A stretch of DNA of 63,865 bases, counting the filler, from Ministeria vibrans ATCC 50519 (lineage: Eukaryota > Protista > Filasterea), in the NCBI GenBank assembly GCA_943704425.1. It is 9 parts of 9 records of this genome, joined end to end, with 100 filler letters (N's around TTAATTAATTAA, not from the genome) between each part and the next. Parts side by side here need not be neighbours in the genome. Positions count along the whole stretch, not along the records: positions 60,958 to 62,379 come from CALSCP010001396.1; positions 62,480 to 63,865 come from CALSCP010000156.1; 7 more parts are not named here. The stretch is one strand, 5' to 3'. Made by a program: the position numbers and the translations under genes. This document shows positions 61,814-63,865 of the stretch, piece after piece. Numbering within the stretch: position 1 is the first letter of the stretch; each line of letters opens with the position of its first letter. The notes beneath the pieces were generated by a model. The model saw only the letters and a list, made by a program, of their open reading frames with translations, was not told the DNA's origin and did no database searches.

Positions 61814-62379
61814 ATGGAAACGGACGAGGAGAGACGGGCGCGCAAGATGGCGAAGAAGGAGAAGAAACGACGCGCGAAGGAGACGTTAATAGGCGGATCA
61901 AGCGCATGTGAGGAGGGCACGCGGGGCGGAGACAGTCTGAAGGAGAGCCGGGGGGCTGAGGAAGGGAAGGCGCAGGAGAAGAAGGCCAAGGGGAAGACGG
62001 AGGAGGGAACTGATGGCAATGAGAGTGTGAAGAAGGAGAAGAAGGAGAAGAAGGAGGAGAAGGAGGAGAAGGAGGAGAAGGAGGAGAAGGTCAGTGTCGA
62101 GGTGCAAGACGGAGACGACGGTGAAGTGTCGCACGCGAAGAAGAAGACGAAGAAGGATAAGAAGGAGAAGAAGGAGAAGAAGCATGGGAAGGAGCAAAGT
62201 GATGATGGTGAGGGTGTTCAAAGGGCAGACACTGAGACAAGTCAAGGCAGTGAGAAGAAGAAGAAGAAGAAGAAGGAGAAGAAGAAGCGGGCACGCGAGG
62301 AGAGTCAGGATAGCAGCGACGATGACGACGACGGCAATGGCAGTGTGAAGAAGGCCAAGAAGGAAACGCCCACAAAGAT
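61814..62379 (+). CDS. Lys/Glu-rich (KKE) N-terminus of a probable nucleolar protein, truncated by contig end
   Basis: ATG-initiated ORF with KKEKKEKKEEK tracts; no folded domain visible. Confidence 0.6.
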
Positions 62380-62623
62380 NNNNNNNNNNNNNNNNNNNNN
62401 NNNNNNNNNNNNNNNNNNNNNNNTTAATTAATTAANNNNNNNNNNNNNNNNNNNNNNNNNNNNNNNNNNNNNNNNNNNNTTTTTTTTTTTTTTTTTTTTC
62501 GAGTCAACTCCATCAACCCCTCTGCTCTCCCTCCGCGGGCCGTTTTCCACGGCCGACGCCCCACCCGCACATCCACGCCAGACCAGGCAGGCCCCTCCCC
62601 GTCCCCGCCGCACGGTGCGTTAC

Positions 62624-62734
62624 CTTGCTGAGCGACCCGAGCACTTTTGCAGCGAGTTTGGCGTTCTTCGCCACCGAGTCGGCTGTCGCCTTGGAGTACC
62701 CCACCGCAATGAGTTCTTCTGATGTAGATGTCAT
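62624..62734 (-). CDS. First exon resembling the N-terminal appended domain of glutaminyl-tRNA synthetase
   Basis: EELIAVGYSKATADSVAKNAKL resembles the remembered eukaryotic GlnRS start (GLSE.KA.ET.KN.KL); followed by a GTAACG donor. Confidence 0.45.
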
Positions 62735-62855
62735 ATCCGTAAGGAAAATGATTAAAAATTAAAGTGACTCTATTAATCTATTGTGTTTCTCTGTGGTGTG
62801 TTTTAGAATACTTTAGTTCAAAAGAAGTTAATTTTTGTTATTTCACATGATTGTC

Positions 62856-63173
62856 TCATTCGTCAAAGAGTGACTCGTCCACTTCGACGCTGGCAGTAGC
62901 AGCATCCTTCGTTGCCGTAGTGGCAGTCGTCGTCGTCGTCGTCGTCGTAGTAGTAGTAGTAGTAGCAGCAGCAGCAGGAGCCGTGTCGGTCGGGACGATC
63001 TGGTCGTCGTCCTGTTCGTCCTCGTCATCCTTTGGCCCTTCGTCGACATTTTTCACTTCCACTGCGTTTCCATCCTCATCCACATTCTCGTCTGGTCGCT
63101 CATACACCATTTCGTCTGCGGCATCGTCATCCTACACCACAAAACCAACCAAAAAGTTTAACACCGCTCTGTC

Positions 63174-63219
<46 letters not shown>

Positions 63220-63620
63220 TAATAAAATAATATGCATAATTGTATGCCATGGTCACAGTCGCAGCCGTACCTCAAAGAGCTCCGGGCGATAAGCAAAAAG
63301 ATCGCGTCCGCTCATGCCCATTGCACGCCCCGCCTTTACCGCCGCCTCTTTTTTCTTCTCCTCCGCTGTGTTTGCTGCAGCCTTATTCGCCTCCCGTTGT
63401 GTCTTCCATTTGCGGAACGAGTTCTCAGTCACGGGTGTGAGATTTGTTTTCGTTGACAGTTCTTGTCGCTACAACACACAAATACATCATACACACACAC
63501 ATGAGTACACCGGCGCAAAGAGACCACAGAAAACACGCACCTCCTTCTCAATAAGCTCCTCCAGCGTCACCTTGTCCGCCTGCTCCTCCATCTTCTTCTG
63601 GTCCTTCCGCAACATAAATC
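62856..63620 (-). CDS. ZC3H15: ZC3H15/Tma46 (DFRP1), 3' three exons
   Basis: GFMLRKD..VTLEELIEKE|RQEL..LTPVTENSFRKWK..GMSGRDLFAYRPELF, terminal VDESLFDE*. Confidence 0.88.
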
Positions 63621-63704
63621 CTACAAGCACAGTGTCACGCACGTCAACTCGCAAACTCACTCCCTCTCTCTCTATTTGTTTTTTTTATTCCTTCTCTCTC
63701 ACTC

Positions 63705-63865
63705 TCTATCACTTTGTTTCTCTCCCTCTCTCTATTACTTTGTTTCTTTCTCCCTCCTCTCTCTATCACTTTGTTTCTTTCTCCCTCCTTTCCCTCTCTC
63801 TCTCTATCACTTTGTTTCTTTCTCCCTCCTTTCCCTCTCTCTCTCTATCACTTTGTTTCTTTCTC
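63705..63865 (+). repeat. Composite (CT)n/TATCACTTTGTTTC satellite in a ZC3H15 intron
   Basis: About 5 copies of the core with variable CT spacers. Confidence 0.85.

Overview
Eukaryotic, intron-rich, gene-dense DNA from a flagellated heterotrophic protist (axonemal dynein DNAH2, FAM92/CIBAR, TTAGGG telomere; lineage not determinable here). The window is an artificial concatenation of 9 contigs joined by 8 ~100-nt N/TTAATTAATTAA/N spacers, so adjacency across spacers is meaningless. I spliced the genes by hand (all resolvable introns are GT-AG, standard genetic code): eRF1, alpha-L-iduronidase, CHD1, arylsulfatase with an inserted PAN/apple module, DPYD, mu-class GST, DNAH2, ferroportin, a 35-aa tandem-repeat protein, a second sulfatase, a Cys-rich/FN3-like surface protein, a telomere-capped contig with a NYN nuclease, LPCAT-type MBOAT, SLC18B1-like MFS, Vps60/CHMP5, FAM92, FATP, a Lys-rich protein, a probable GlnRS N-terminus and ZC3H15/Tma46. 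Best leads: (1) splicing architecture, with weak GTAC-rich donors, introns with self-complementary microsatellite halves and exons showing a 5' G-rich to 3' C-rich skew; (2) a LIM-less protein built from LimE/nebulin-like 35-aa repeats; (3) a telomere fused directly onto an open reading frame, near a NYN RNase; (4) a dispersed intronic satellite core TATCACTTTGTTT; (5) an intronless plant-type LPCAT. Family assignments are from remembered motifs; no searches or computations were run.
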